From contig CAMZFU010000002.1 in the NCBI GenBank assembly GCA_947306185.1, forward strand, positions 2,128 through 66,127: a DNA stretch of 64,000 bases. The letters are read 5' to 3'. This document shows, one piece after another, positions 45,940 to 56,283 of the stretch. A program made the position numbers and the translations under genes. The number at the start of each line of letters is the position of its first letter. Position 1 is the stretch's first letter. The notes below the pieces were generated by a model. It was not told where the DNA came from and did not search any database. It saw nothing but the letters and a program-made list of their open reading frames with translations. This stretch comes from an uncultured Pseudomonadota bacterium. Its GTDB lineage: Bacteria; Pseudomonadota; Alphaproteobacteria; Rs-D84.

Positions 45940-46733
45940 TACTTTTTGTCCCGTTTTAATAATCTGTTATATGCTTCTTTTTTTGATATCCCCGCACGCA
46001 TTGCTAAATCTGCCGCCGCCCCCTTGGTTGATGACGCCGCAACATCATTCACAATTTCACTAATCTCATCATCAGACATTTTATGTTCTGGCGCTGGCGC
46101 AACAACAATAACTATTTCCCCACGCACATCGTCCATATTAATCAAATCCGCCGGATATCCAATTATGGCCTGTTCATGTATTTTTGTTATTTCGCGAACA
46201 ATAGCAATTTGCCGTTCGGGCATAACACGTGCAATCGCCGCGATTGTGTTTTTAACCCGATTCGGACTTTCGTAATAAACTATGGTATGACGTATCTTGT
46301 TGTCATCCCGCAATTTCTTTTCATCAAAAAATCCACAAAATGTAAATCTATCTGTTGGGAAACCACTTAACACCAACCCAGATATAACCGCCGTCGGCCC
46401 CGGCACAACAAAAACCGGCACCCCAGCATCGCGCGCCGCACGAACAACACGAAAACCCGGATCACTTATTCCCGGCATTCCCGCATCAGAAACAACCGCA
46501 ATGGCCGCACCACCACGTACCCGTTCGACCAGTCCGCCAATAACATCACGTTCATTATGTTCATGACAAGACACACGTGGCGTTTTTATATCAAAATGCG
46601 ACGCGATTTTACCAAACACGCGCGTATCTTCGGCGGCAACCAAATCAACACCTTTCAGTACCTCTATCGCACGTGGCGACATATCCGATAAATTTCCAAT
46701 TGGTGTGCCAACAATGTAAAAGCCCGTTTGCAT
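45939..46733 (-). CDS. rsmI: 16S rRNA (cytidine1402-2'-O)-methyltransferase RsmI
   Basis: The segment FYIVGTPIGNLSDMSPRAIEVLKGVDLVAAEDTR is present. The gene is divergent from the lpoA-like gene, as in other proteobacteria. Confidence 0.92.
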   Translation of the reverse strand: MQTGFYIVGTPIGNLSDMSPRAIEVLKGVDLVAAEDTRVFGKIASHFDIKTPRVSCHEHNERDVIGGLVERVRGGAAIAVVSDAGMPGISDPGFRVVRAARDAGVPVFVVPGPTAVISGLVLSGFPTDRFTFCGFFDEKKLRDDNKIRHTIVYYESPNRVKNTIAAIARVMPERQIAIVREITKIHEQAIIGYPADLINMDDVRGEIVIVVAPAPEHKMSDDEISEIVNDVAASSTKGAAADLAMRAGISKKEAYNRLLKRDKK

Positions 46734-46769
46734 TTATCAATCCTTTATAGTAAAATAATACAGAATAAA

Positions 46770-48377
46770 ATGGATTTTTCAATGCATATTATAACAAGAT
46801 TACTTGGTTTTATGGTTTTGTTGGCCACACTTGCGGGGTGCGGTGGTGGCAACAGTCATTGGTATTCCGAGACCGATAATGAGCCCGTCGGAATGCCCGC
46901 CGAATTACAATACGGCACATTTAGTGCGGGACTATACGGCACATCTGACACACATACTATCGCGGTATTATTACCAACCAGTGGTCCCAAGGCCACAATT
47001 GGTAAAACAATATTACCCGCGATAGAGGCGGCATATATGCAATTTGCCCCATCAGAACTACAAATGAGTTTTTATGATACCGGTACCGAAGACGTGTCCC
47101 AGGTTATTCAGACGGCGGTTGCATCAAATCCAGAAGTTATAATTGGACCTGTTTTTGCCGAAAATGCACGTATTTTACGTGAAGTAAAACCATCTGATAT
47201 TCCAGCGCTTTCATTCACATCGGATACATCCGCGGTTGGGAACGGTGTATTTAGTATGGCGGTCATTCCATCTAATACTATTGAGGCCACCCTGCAGGAA
47301 ATGAATTCAATGGGCGCAAAAAGTTTCATTATATTGGCACCAAATAATGCATCGGGACGTGTAATGGCCGGCACTGCACAATACATCAGTGACGTGTACA
47401 ATATAAATAATGTTGGTATATTCTATTATAATGAACGTAATACCGATTCTATCAAGAACGCCGCAATGGAAGCGACCATGTACACGGCAAGGAACTCCGC
47501 AAATACACGCGCCAAGGAAATATTATCTGCGATACTAAATCATGAAAACCTGTCCCCGGTGGAAAAGTCATCTTTGATACGACAACTTGAACGTATAAAC
47601 CGCACAGATACGCTGGGGAATTTGCCATACGATTCGGTGTTATTCTTGGGTAATTCAGATGATTCTAAATCATTGGCATCGTTCTTGCGATATTACGGAC
47701 TTGGGGTACGTGACGCACAATTCTATGGAACCCCAATGTGGGAAGAAGGCAATATCGCATCAGACCTGACCATGACAGGATCTGTTTTTGCAACATTACC
47801 TGAAATACCATCTAACTTTTCAACCGTATATGAATCTGCGGCAACGGTGAATCCATCACGTATGGCGGCAATTGGGTATGATGCCACAATACTTGCAATC
47901 GGCGCCGTATATTCACAAAACGGTGTGGCCCCATATCTGATGAATGCCGGGGGATATATCGGTGCAAATGGATTGTTTAGATTGCGTCCAAATGGATTAA
48001 ATGAACGTGCAATGCAAATTGTCCGATTAAACGGTGATGGCACAACAACGGTTGCCAAAACACCTGTATCTGCATTTACCATACCGATTTACAAAACAAA
48101 TATTGTGAACTTATCACCGGCCAGTGAAATGTCATTAGTAACGTCGGGTGTAAATCCAATGGATTATATAAATATTCCGGAACGTTTCCGTGGTAAATAT
48201 CGTGCGAAAACATATACCCCGACAAAAACAACGACCAATTCAACACCTGCGTTTGAAACGGTAACCATTTTACCCAAGAATGAAGATGACTTTTCTATTA
48301 CCGCAGAAAACTATAAACCCGTGCCACTTGAAAGTGTAAGTCGTACGTACATAGATTCTGTTGAGGTTTCAGAATAA
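46770..48377 (+). CDS. penicillin-binding protein activator LpoA-like lipoprotein (periplasmic-binding-protein fold)
   Basis: A lipobox is present (LATLAGC) and the body is type-1 PBP-like. It sits in the conserved divergent position next to rsmI. The start could be 46770 or 46782. Confidence 0.65.
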   Translation: MDFSMHIITRLLGFMVLLATLAGCGGGNSHWYSETDNEPVGMPAELQYGTFSAGLYGTSDTHTIAVLLPTSGPKATIGKTILPAIEAAYMQFAPSELQMSFYDTGTEDVSQVIQTAVASNPEVIIGPVFAENARILREVKPSDIPALSFTSDTSAVGNGVFSMAVIPSNTIEATLQEMNSMGAKSFIILAPNNASGRVMAGTAQYISDVYNINNVGIFYYNERNTDSIKNAAMEATMYTARNSANTRAKEILSAILNHENLSPVEKSSLIRQLERINRTDTLGNLPYDSVLFLGNSDDSKSLASFLRYYGLGVRDAQFYGTPMWEEGNIASDLTMTGSVFATLPEIPSNFSTVYESAATVNPSRMAAIGYDATILAIGAVYSQNGVAPYLMNAGGYIGANGLFRLRPNGLNERAMQIVRLNGDGTTTVAKTPVSAFTIPIYKTNIVNLSPASEMSLVTSGVNPMDYINIPERFRGKYRAKTYTPTKTTTNSTPAFETVTILPKNEDDFSITAENYKPVPLESVSRTYIDSVEVSE

Positions 48378-48388
48378 TGGGGGAATAC

Positions 48389-48655
48389 ATGGTAAAAAAG
48401 AAAAAAAGTTACAAGATTTTAATCGTATGCGTTGCGACCGCTGTTATAGCAGCGCTTGTGACATGGTATGCCACGCGCAGATATTATATAAACTTGTATG
48501 AATCAGATTATGAAACGACCATGGCATGCAAAGACAATGCAAGCCCAGATATAAACGGTTGCTGTCCAGGGGAAGAATTAAAAGATATGGGCGAACAAGG
48601 ATTTAATTGTTGTCCATTGGATGGTGGCGATTGTTTCCCACCAATTATGAAATAA
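48389..48655 (+). CDS. small membrane-anchored Cys-rich protein
   Basis: An RBS (ggggga) precedes ATG 48389. The 88-aa protein has one TM helix and a C-terminal region with paired cysteines (NGCCPGEE...FNCCPLDGGDC). Confidence 0.5.
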   Translation: MVKKKKSYKILIVCVATAVIAALVTWYATRRYYINLYESDYETTMACKDNASPDINGCCPGEELKDMGEQGFNCCPLDGGDCFPPIMK

Positions 48656-48659
48656 ATTG

Positions 48660-50030
48660 TTAATCTAAACTGTGCAAACTGACCTGGTCTTGATCAACAA
48701 TAACAATTTGTTTTGATTCGATACCCATAATATGCGCAACCGCGAATGCATCGCGCTGTGCGAACAAATCCGGCATATACACTGGTGCGACCCCACGCAA
48801 AACACATAATTGATTTGCGATTAATTTATCATCGCATACGGCAATAATTGGTACATCTGGACGACGACATGCAATTTCCGTGGTTGAAATAGTATCACGC
48901 GCAAAAACAACTATCGCCCCCGCATGATTTAGAAACGCCATCGAAGAAACCGAACGCGACCAATCATTTTCCGGTGCATTTTCCGATCTTACCCAATCAT
49001 TTGGATTCGCCATCGCATCCGCATCAGAATAAGACAAAATCTTACCCATTGTTTCAATAACATTTACCGGATTAGAACCGATTGTTGTTTCTTCAGATGT
49101 CATTGTTGAATCAACACGCAAATATGCCGCATTGGCGACATCACTTATTTCTGCACGCGTTGGAAATTCATTTTCAACCATTGACCCCAACATTTGCGTT
49201 GCCATAATTACCGGCCGATTTAGACGCCGACATTCACGAATGATATGACGTGATATTGCGGGCACCTGTTCATACGGTAATTCAACCGCCAAATCGCCAC
49301 GCGCAATCATAATTCCATCGGCAATAGATGCAATATCTGCGATTTTTTCAACGGCCATTTTGCGTTCAATTTTTGCCATAATTTTAATCGGCCGTGATGT
49401 ACGCGCGGTTATAAAATCACGAACTTCGGCAATATCTTCGGGGCGTTGCACAAAAGAAACCGCCACCCAATCAGGATCTTTGGTTATCGCATATTCCAAA
49501 TCTGCCCTATCCTTTTCGGTCAGCACGGATGTTTTTACATCTGTATCCGGCAAATTGAATCCGCGGCGCGACCAAATTTCTGTTCCACGAATCACCTTGG
49601 TACGAATCGCATTAGGCGTAACATCGGTAACCTGCATTTCGATTTTGCCATCGTTTAATAATATCCGGTCCCCCACCCCAAGTGATTGTATTACATCCAT
49701 ATCCGGTAATTGAACACGATTCGCATTTCCAGGTGTTTCATCGGTATCAAATGTAAATGTTTGCCCTGGTCTAATTTGATATTTTTCTTCGGTTGCAAAA
49801 TTACCAATACGATGTTTGGGGCCCTGTAAATCAATCATAACCCCAACCGGCATATTCAATTCATCAGATATTTTTCTAATCAAATCGATTTTATGTCCCT
49901 GGGTATCACCTGTATCATGACTAAAATTTATACGACAAACATTAACCCCGGTTGAAATCATCTGTTTCAACACGCGTTCTGTTTCACAACTTGGGCCCAC
50001 AGACGCGGTAATCTTGGTGAATCTTGCCAT
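48660..50030 (-). CDS. pyk: pyruvate kinase
   Basis: The protein starts with TKITASVGPSC and contains VMIDLQGPKHRIG, MIARGDLAVELP and VIMATQML. It is 456 aa. Confidence 0.95.
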   Translation of the reverse strand: MARFTKITASVGPSCETERVLKQMISTGVNVCRINFSHDTGDTQGHKIDLIRKISDELNMPVGVMIDLQGPKHRIGNFATEEKYQIRPGQTFTFDTDETPGNANRVQLPDMDVIQSLGVGDRILLNDGKIEMQVTDVTPNAIRTKVIRGTEIWSRRGFNLPDTDVKTSVLTEKDRADLEYAITKDPDWVAVSFVQRPEDIAEVRDFITARTSRPIKIMAKIERKMAVEKIADIASIADGIMIARGDLAVELPYEQVPAISRHIIRECRRLNRPVIMATQMLGSMVENEFPTRAEISDVANAAYLRVDSTMTSEETTIGSNPVNVIETMGKILSYSDADAMANPNDWVRSENAPENDWSRSVSSMAFLNHAGAIVVFARDTISTTEIACRRPDVPIIAVCDDKLIANQLCVLRGVAPVYMPDLFAQRDAFAVAHIMGIESKQIVIVDQDQVSLHSLD

Positions 50031-50114
50031 TTTTACAATCTCTCGTGTTTTTGTTGATTTTTATGTTTTATGGTATATCATAAAAAGCGGAACTTAACAA
50101 GGGGAAAACATAAT

Positions 50115-50363
50115 ATGAAAAACGCAAATCATGGCAGTTTTGACAACCAACAATTACTTAGCATAATTGAACGTATTGAAAAGTTAAACGAGGATACCGC
50201 CGCTATTGCTGCTGATATCAAAGAAATATACAGCGAAGCAAAATCCGCAGGGTATGACCCAAAATATATTCGGCAAATGATACGTCTGCGTAAAATGGAT
50301 CCAGATGAATTGGACGAAACAGACGAATTGACACAAATGTACCGTACCGCACTTGGTTTATAA
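50115..50363 (+). CDS. DUF2312 (GapR-like) DNA-binding protein
   Basis: The segment QLLSIIERIEKLNEDTAAIAADIKEIYSEAKSAGYDPKYIRQMIRLRKMD is typical of the alphaproteobacterial UPF0335/DUF2312 family. I place the start at ATG 50115 (RBS aagggga). Confidence 0.8.
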   Translation: MKNANHGSFDNQQLLSIIERIEKLNEDTAAIAADIKEIYSEAKSAGYDPKYIRQMIRLRKMDPDELDETDELTQMYRTALGL

Positions 50364-50366
50364 GGT

Positions 50367-50681
50367 ATGAAGAGATTCACCAAAAACGTTGAAAATTTTA
50401 CATGCGCCCATTGTGGCGCATCAGTAATTGGCGATGGATATACCAACCATTGCCCTAAATGTTTGTGGTCACGTCATGTTGATGAAAATCCGGGGGACCG
50501 TGCATCAACATGTGGTGGCATGATGGCGCCAATTTCCGCAACCCCATCCAGTGATGGTTATATAATTACACATAAATGTGAAAAGTGTGGAAAAACGATT
50601 CGTCAACACGCATCTGAAAAAGATGATATTGATACAATTATTTCAATATCATCAAATCCAGATTTTATTTTCGGTAAATAA
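50367..50681 (+). CDS. RNHCP domain-containing protein
   Basis: The pattern FTCAHCGASV...YTNHCPKCLWSRHVD...HKCEKCG is a zinc-ribbon pattern with the eponymous (R)NHCP motif. Confidence 0.7.
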   Translation: MKRFTKNVENFTCAHCGASVIGDGYTNHCPKCLWSRHVDENPGDRASTCGGMMAPISATPSSDGYIITHKCEKCGKTIRQHASEKDDIDTIISISSNPDFIFGK

Positions 50682-52250
50682 TTACTTTTCCTTTGCCGCG
50701 GCAACGAACGCATTAAACATCGGATGCCCGGTAAATGGGTTGCTTTGGAATTCTGGGTGGAATTGACCGGCAATAAAGAATTTATGTGACGGTATTTCAA
50801 CCATTTCCGGCAATTTTCCATCTGGCGATATTCCGGATATTATCATTCCATTTTTCTCCAACACATCTTTATATTCGATGTTCAATTCATAGCGGTGACG
50901 ATGACGTTCCGAAATATTATTCGACCCATAGATTTTTTCCGCCAAAGTTCCCGGTTTTATCACGCATGGATATGCACCCAATCGTAAAGTGCCACCCATA
51001 TTTTCTTGGTCACAATCACGCATAATATCTATAACCGGGGTACAATTTTTAGAAAACTCGGTTGAATTGGCTTCTTTGTCACCAACAACATTACGCATAA
51101 AATCTATGACCGCAACCTGCATTCCCAAACATATTCCCATATATGGAATATTGTTTTCACGGGCATATGTTGCCGCCGCGATTTTTCCATCAACACCACG
51201 CACACCAAAACCACCCGGCACCAAGATACCATCAACATCGCTGCAATCTTCGGGGGTGAATTTTTCAGCATCGATTTTCTTAATCTTTAAACGTACATTG
51301 TTTTGAATACTTGCGTGGAACAGTGCCTCGTTCAAAGACTTATATGCATCAGAGACATCGAAATATTTTCCAACGACACCGATTGTACAAACCGGTAAAT
51401 CCGCGTTCAGGTGTTGTTCTATCTTTTTTATTTTGGACATATCGCCGGCGGCTTCGGGCAACCCGAAATGCGCGGCCATAATATTAAATACATCTTGGGA
51501 ATCATATACCAATGGGACCTTGTAAATATTATCTACATCCAAACTGGTGATAACATTTTTTGCCGGCAAATTACAGAACATACCTATTTTTACCTTTTCA
51601 TCAGGCAACAACATACGTGGCGAACGCACAAACAAAATATCCGCCTGTATACCGTTTTCCAATAATCGGCGAACAGACATCTGGGTCGGCTTTGTTTTTA
51701 ATTCACCACTTTGCTCCAAATATGGCGCCAATGTTAAATGTGCAAACATAACGTTTCGGCGCCCTACTTCGTTGGCAAATTGACGCGCAGATTCCAAAAA
51801 CACTTTGCCTTCTATATCGCCAACGGTTCCACCTATTTCACAAATAACGAAATCAGTATTTGTTGGTACCGCGATATGTTCCTTAATCTTATTGGTGACA
51901 TGCGGAATCATCTGAACCGTTGCACCCAAATAATCGCCACGGCGTTCGGCATTTAAAACCTCCCAATAAATGCGCCCCCCGGATACCGAATCATTTTTGG
52001 TCAGTTTGATTCCCAAAAATCTTTCATAATACCCCAAATCCAGGTCCGTTTCGAACCCATCATCGGTAACATAAACTTCACCATGCTGTAATGGTGACAT
52101 TGTCCCAGGATCCACATTCAAATATGGATCAAATTTACGAACATGAACACTATAACCACGGGATTGAAGAAGGGCGCCCAACGATGCCGCCGAAACGCCC
52201 TTGCCTAAACTTGAAACAACCCCACCTGTAACAAAGATGTATTTTGACAT
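50682..52250 (-). CDS. pyrG: CTP synthase
   Basis: It starts MSKYIFVTGGVVSSLGKG and has the C-terminal glutaminase domain (GICLGMQ, FHPEF). Confidence 0.97.
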   Translation of the reverse strand: MSKYIFVTGGVVSSLGKGVSAASLGALLQSRGYSVHVRKFDPYLNVDPGTMSPLQHGEVYVTDDGFETDLDLGYYERFLGIKLTKNDSVSGGRIYWEVLNAERRGDYLGATVQMIPHVTNKIKEHIAVPTNTDFVICEIGGTVGDIEGKVFLESARQFANEVGRRNVMFAHLTLAPYLEQSGELKTKPTQMSVRRLLENGIQADILFVRSPRMLLPDEKVKIGMFCNLPAKNVITSLDVDNIYKVPLVYDSQDVFNIMAAHFGLPEAAGDMSKIKKIEQHLNADLPVCTIGVVGKYFDVSDAYKSLNEALFHASIQNNVRLKIKKIDAEKFTPEDCSDVDGILVPGGFGVRGVDGKIAAATYARENNIPYMGICLGMQVAVIDFMRNVVGDKEANSTEFSKNCTPVIDIMRDCDQENMGGTLRLGAYPCVIKPGTLAEKIYGSNNISERHRHRYELNIEYKDVLEKNGMIISGISPDGKLPEMVEIPSHKFFIAGQFHPEFQSNPFTGHPMFNAFVAAAKEK

Positions 52251-52330
52251 AAGTTTTTCTCCTTATGTGTTGATATATTACAAAAAATCTTGATTGCGAA
52301 TCAACAAAATAAAATACTATAATCAAAGCA

Positions 52331-54265
52331 ATGAAAGAATTCTTGTACAATCAGTATAAAAACCTATTTCTGTGGGCGCCAATATTCATATCTTTTGGTG
52401 CCGGAATTTATTTTTCATTAAATACTGAACCTAATATTTGGGTTATCATGTCAAGTTTTCTGTGCGGAATACTGACATTTTTTGGGGCACGAAAATACCC
52501 TGCCCTGTGTTTAATTGCTTGTCTGCTTACTGGGTTCGGTTATTCCGGTATTTACGCCCATTGCAAAAATGTCCCAAACATTGAACATGATGTACATGGA
52601 ATCCAAATCACCGGTAAAATAACTAACCTTGATTACACAGAAGAAAAATTACGCATATACCTGAACACATCCGATTATGGAAAAATTCGCGTATCAACAA
52701 TCACTGATAATATTTATAATATCGGCGATGTTATTTCGGGTAATGGCGGTTTATTCAAACCACAACCCGCGGTTGTACCAGATGGTTTCGATTTTGCCCG
52801 TTGGGCGTATTTTGATAACATAACCGCAACAGGTTATATCAATGATATAAAAATGCTGTATACGGCGGAATCAGGTGTATACAATATACGTAACCATATA
52901 AAAAATATCACAAATTCTTTTCTGGTTGATTCATTAGTTTTGGGATACAAAAACACCATGCCACACGAACACAGACAAATTTGGACAACCAATGGTGTTG
53001 CACATATTTGGTCAATCAGTGGTTATCACACAACACTTGTTATGGGATGGTTATTCATCCTGTTTTATTTTATATTCCGCATGTGCCCAAAACTGGTGCG
53101 ACGGGTTCCAGCACGTATTCCTGCTATTATATGCGCATGGGTCGGACTCATCGGATATGTGATATTATCCGGTGGCGGCATTGCTACTTTGCGTGCATTT
53201 TTGATGGCCACGCTTGTAATGTTGGCATTTATATTTGGTCGAAATGTAATATCACTGCGTATGGCATCTATTGCTTTTATTACTTTATTTGCCATAAATC
53301 CGCACTTTATAACTAATGCCGGATTTCAATTATCTTTTGCGGCCGTTTTTGGAATTTTATGGTTATGGACCGTATTAAAACCAACACTTCCAACAAATAG
53401 AATATTAAAATACATTTATGTCAGTATTTTAACCGCATTGGTCGCCAGTATTTGCACATGGCCATTTGTTATGATGCATTTCGGGACAATGCAATTATAC
53501 GGAATTTTAGGTAACCTTGTATTCTTGCCGATATTTTCTTTTATACTGATGCCAATTGTGATTATTGGAACATGTCTTGCCTTGTGCGGGTTTCATGCGT
53601 TACTTTCATTTGCTAATACAATTTATGATTATCTGTTCAGAATTGCCACAGATATATCAAATATACCAATGTCAGAAATAAACATTGGGCATATTTCCAA
53701 TACCGCGATTATATTTATTGTCCTTGGACTTTCATGCATCATATTTATTACCAATTCAGAAAGATTTAAATACGCGATACTAAGGCATTTGAATTTAGTA
53801 TTTGGTGGCGCATTTATATGCATTGGCATTACTATCGCCGCAACCACCACACACCCAATATTCTACATCAGCAATAATCACAAACTAATTGGTGCGGTAA
53901 TAAATGGCACATTGCAATTTAATAAATCAAAAGACAGTAGTAATTATTTCGCATTTGATACATGGAAACAATACAACGGCGAACCAACAAAAACGCCTAA
54001 TCCACGTCTTAATAAAGAATCTGGGGTGTATAGGATTACCTTTTCAGATTTTTCTGTTGCATATATTCAGAATTTTGTTCCACTAAGTAACAATATTTCT
54101 ACACTTTGTAACGACGATAGTATCAAATATATCGTGTCATATTTCGATATAAAAACTAAATCTGAATGTTCAAATAAAATAATTTACGGTGGTGGTGTTA
54201 TTTATAACTCCGGTAGATTTATTCAGATACCGAATAATCGGTTGTGGCATAATCGGCACGAATAA
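52331..54265 (+). CDS. comEC: ComEC/Rec2 family competence channel protein (no metallo-beta-lactamase motif seen)
   Basis: The 644-aa polytopic protein has a DUF4131-like N-terminus and the competence domain (HIWSISGYHT). I found no HxHxDH motif in the C-terminal ~140 aa. Confidence 0.8.
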   Translation: MKEFLYNQYKNLFLWAPIFISFGAGIYFSLNTEPNIWVIMSSFLCGILTFFGARKYPALCLIACLLTGFGYSGIYAHCKNVPNIEHDVHGIQITGKITNLDYTEEKLRIYLNTSDYGKIRVSTITDNIYNIGDVISGNGGLFKPQPAVVPDGFDFARWAYFDNITATGYINDIKMLYTAESGVYNIRNHIKNITNSFLVDSLVLGYKNTMPHEHRQIWTTNGVAHIWSISGYHTTLVMGWLFILFYFIFRMCPKLVRRVPARIPAIICAWVGLIGYVILSGGGIATLRAFLMATLVMLAFIFGRNVISLRMASIAFITLFAINPHFITNAGFQLSFAAVFGILWLWTVLKPTLPTNRILKYIYVSILTALVASICTWPFVMMHFGTMQLYGILGNLVFLPIFSFILMPIVIIGTCLALCGFHALLSFANTIYDYLFRIATDISNIPMSEINIGHISNTAIIFIVLGLSCIIFITNSERFKYAILRHLNLVFGGAFICIGITIAATTTHPIFYISNNHKLIGAVINGTLQFNKSKDSSNYFAFDTWKQYNGEPTKTPNPRLNKESGVYRITFSDFSVAYIQNFVPLSNNISTLCNDDSIKYIVSYFDIKTKSECSNKIIYGGGVIYNSGRFIQIPNNRLWHNRHE

Positions 54266-54977
54266 AATAAAGCCCTGATGCCGGTGCTGTCGGTCCCGCG
54301 GCAGAACGATTTCTGGCATCTAATACCGCGTTTATATCATATTCCGTTTCAAGGCCAATTTCAACCAATGTTCCTACCATGTTACGAACCTGATGATGCA
54401 AAAACGAACGCGCAGAAAATTCAAATATAACATTATCGCAAATTTGTTCTATACGACACGAATCAAGGGTTTTTATTGGGCTTTTTGCCTGACATTGACT
54501 TGCGCGAAATGATGTAAAATCATGTTTACCAATCAATTGTTTGGCGGCTATTTGCATTTTTTCTATATCTAATTTTCGCGGTACCCACCAAACACGATTT
54601 TTATTTAATACCGGTTTTGCCGAACGATTTAATACAACATATTTATAATGCCGCGCGACACATGAAAACCGTGCATTAAAATCATCTGGAACAATTTCAC
54701 AATCTAAAACTGATACAGGGGCATTGTTAAGATAGAAATTAACCGCACGCATAACTGTATTTGCATCCGTATCATTATCCAAATCAAAATGCGCAACCAT
54801 ACCAATGGCATGCACACCGGCATCTGTGCGACCCGCCCCAATAATATCCGGTCGGCCCCCACAAAATTTCTCTATTGCATTTTTTAATAAAGATTGTACA
54901 GACGGCCCCTGGGCGTTTTCTTGCCACCCAATTAAATCTGTCCCATCATATTCCAAAATGACTTTATATCGTGTCAT
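54219..54977 (-). CDS. truA: tRNA pseudouridine38-40 synthase TruA
   Basis: It starts MTRYKVILEYDGTDLIGWQ and has the catalytic segment GAGRTDAGVHA. Confidence 0.93.
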   Translation of the reverse strand: MTRYKVILEYDGTDLIGWQENAQGPSVQSLLKNAIEKFCGGRPDIIGAGRTDAGVHAIGMVAHFDLDNDTDANTVMRAVNFYLNNAPVSVLDCEIVPDDFNARFSCVARHYKYVVLNRSAKPVLNKNRVWWVPRKLDIEKMQIAAKQLIGKHDFTSFRASQCQAKSPIKTLDSCRIEQICDNVIFEFSARSFLHHQVRNMVGTLVEIGLETEYDINAVLDARNRSAAGPTAPASGLYFIRADYATTDYSVSE

Positions 54978-55780
54978 TATTCACCATACTTTATTTCTGC
55001 ACCACGCAGGCCATTTACAAAACTTTTCCAATCCATTGGTTTTTTCCCTGCCGGTTGAATTGTAACAATTTCCAAATTGTCGCTGTTCATTTTTGTTTTA
55101 AGAATTTTTACTTCAATACCATTTATTTTTGTGCGTCCCGCACCAAGTGCACGAACCATATTATGAATTTGAATTGGTGATTTTTTCCAATCAATAATTT
55201 CGTCGTATACACCGGTTTTCGCCGTATAGACGATTTTACCACTTTGTTTTATCGGAATATATTTATCAGGATTTTCCATATATTCAACAATCATTTCTGC
55301 ACCAATCTGCGATACTTTTTCTTCCACGGTTTCATTTGTATCATCAATATCAATATCAAATTTTTGACACATTAAAATATCACCGGCATCTAATTCCGCA
55401 GTCATTTTAACAAGGCATACACCACTTTCAGTATCCCCATTAAGGATTGCTGTCCTTATCGGTGCCGGTCCACGATACAATGGCAATAAACTCGGGTGCA
55501 AATTTATACATGGTGCAGAACCTAGAATATTGTCTTTCAATATCGCCCCATATGCCGCGACAAACACCATATCAGGTTTAAGGTTATATTCACTCGGTTT
55601 ATGATATACGGGAATATTATGCGATTCTGCCCAAATATGTACCGGCGATTTTGTTATAATATGTTTACGCCCAACCGGTTTCGGCCCACGTGTAAAGACC
55701 GCAACAACATCATGTCGTTTGGCAACGGCATCAAAAATCGGGACAACAAAATTTGGGGTTCCCATTAAAACAACTTTCAT
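54977..55780 (-). CDS. fmt: methionyl-tRNA formyltransferase (short form)
   Basis: It starts MKVVLMGTPNFVVPIF and has HPSLLPLYRGPAPI. At 267 aa it is shorter than the usual ~310 aa. Confidence 0.88.
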   Translation of the reverse strand: MKVVLMGTPNFVVPIFDAVAKRHDVVAVFTRGPKPVGRKHIITKSPVHIWAESHNIPVYHKPSEYNLKPDMVFVAAYGAILKDNILGSAPCINLHPSLLPLYRGPAPIRTAILNGDTESGVCLVKMTAELDAGDILMCQKFDIDIDDTNETVEEKVSQIGAEMIVEYMENPDKYIPIKQSGKIVYTAKTGVYDEIIDWKKSPIQIHNMVRALGAGRTKINGIEVKILKTKMNSDNLEIVTIQPAGKKPMDWKSFVNGLRGAEIKYGE

Positions 55781-56283
55781 TTATGCCGCCTTACTTTACG
55801 CATCACCATTTCACGCTTTGCTGGTGGCAAATAATCAATAAACAATATGCCATCCAAATGATCTGTTTCGTGTTGTGCAATACGCGCCATTATCCCAGAC
55901 ATTTCGGCCGCATACTTTTTTCCATCAACCCCAATCCATTCAATTGTCACAACCGCCGGACGCGTTACATTTGCATATACCGGTAAATCATCTGGCCCCA
56001 GCACCGACAAACAGCCCTCTTCTATCACGGCGAGTTCTTCACTGCGTGATGTGATTACCGGATTTATCATCTTAAATACTTCCCCAGAATCAGGATTCAT
56101 CATAACCAGAAATCGTTTTGTAATTCCAACCTGTGGTGCGGCGAGTCCGACCCCATTTTGTGCGCGCATCATTTTTACCATTTCATCCATACTATCCAAG
56201 ATGTCGGATGTAATAGATTCTATTGGCGAACATTTTTCGCGCAATACCAAATCCCCACAAAGTTTCATTTGTAAATTACTCAT
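55777..56283 (-). CDS. def: peptide deformylase
   Basis: The motifs GVGLAAPQVG, EGCLS and HETDH are all present. Confidence 0.95.
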   Translation of the reverse strand: MSNLQMKLCGDLVLREKCSPIESITSDILDSMDEMVKMMRAQNGVGLAAPQVGITKRFLVMMNPDSGEVFKMINPVITSRSEELAVIEEGCLSVLGPDDLPVYANVTRPAVVTIEWIGVDGKKYAAEMSGIMARIAQHETDHLDGILFIDYLPPAKREMVMRKVRRHK

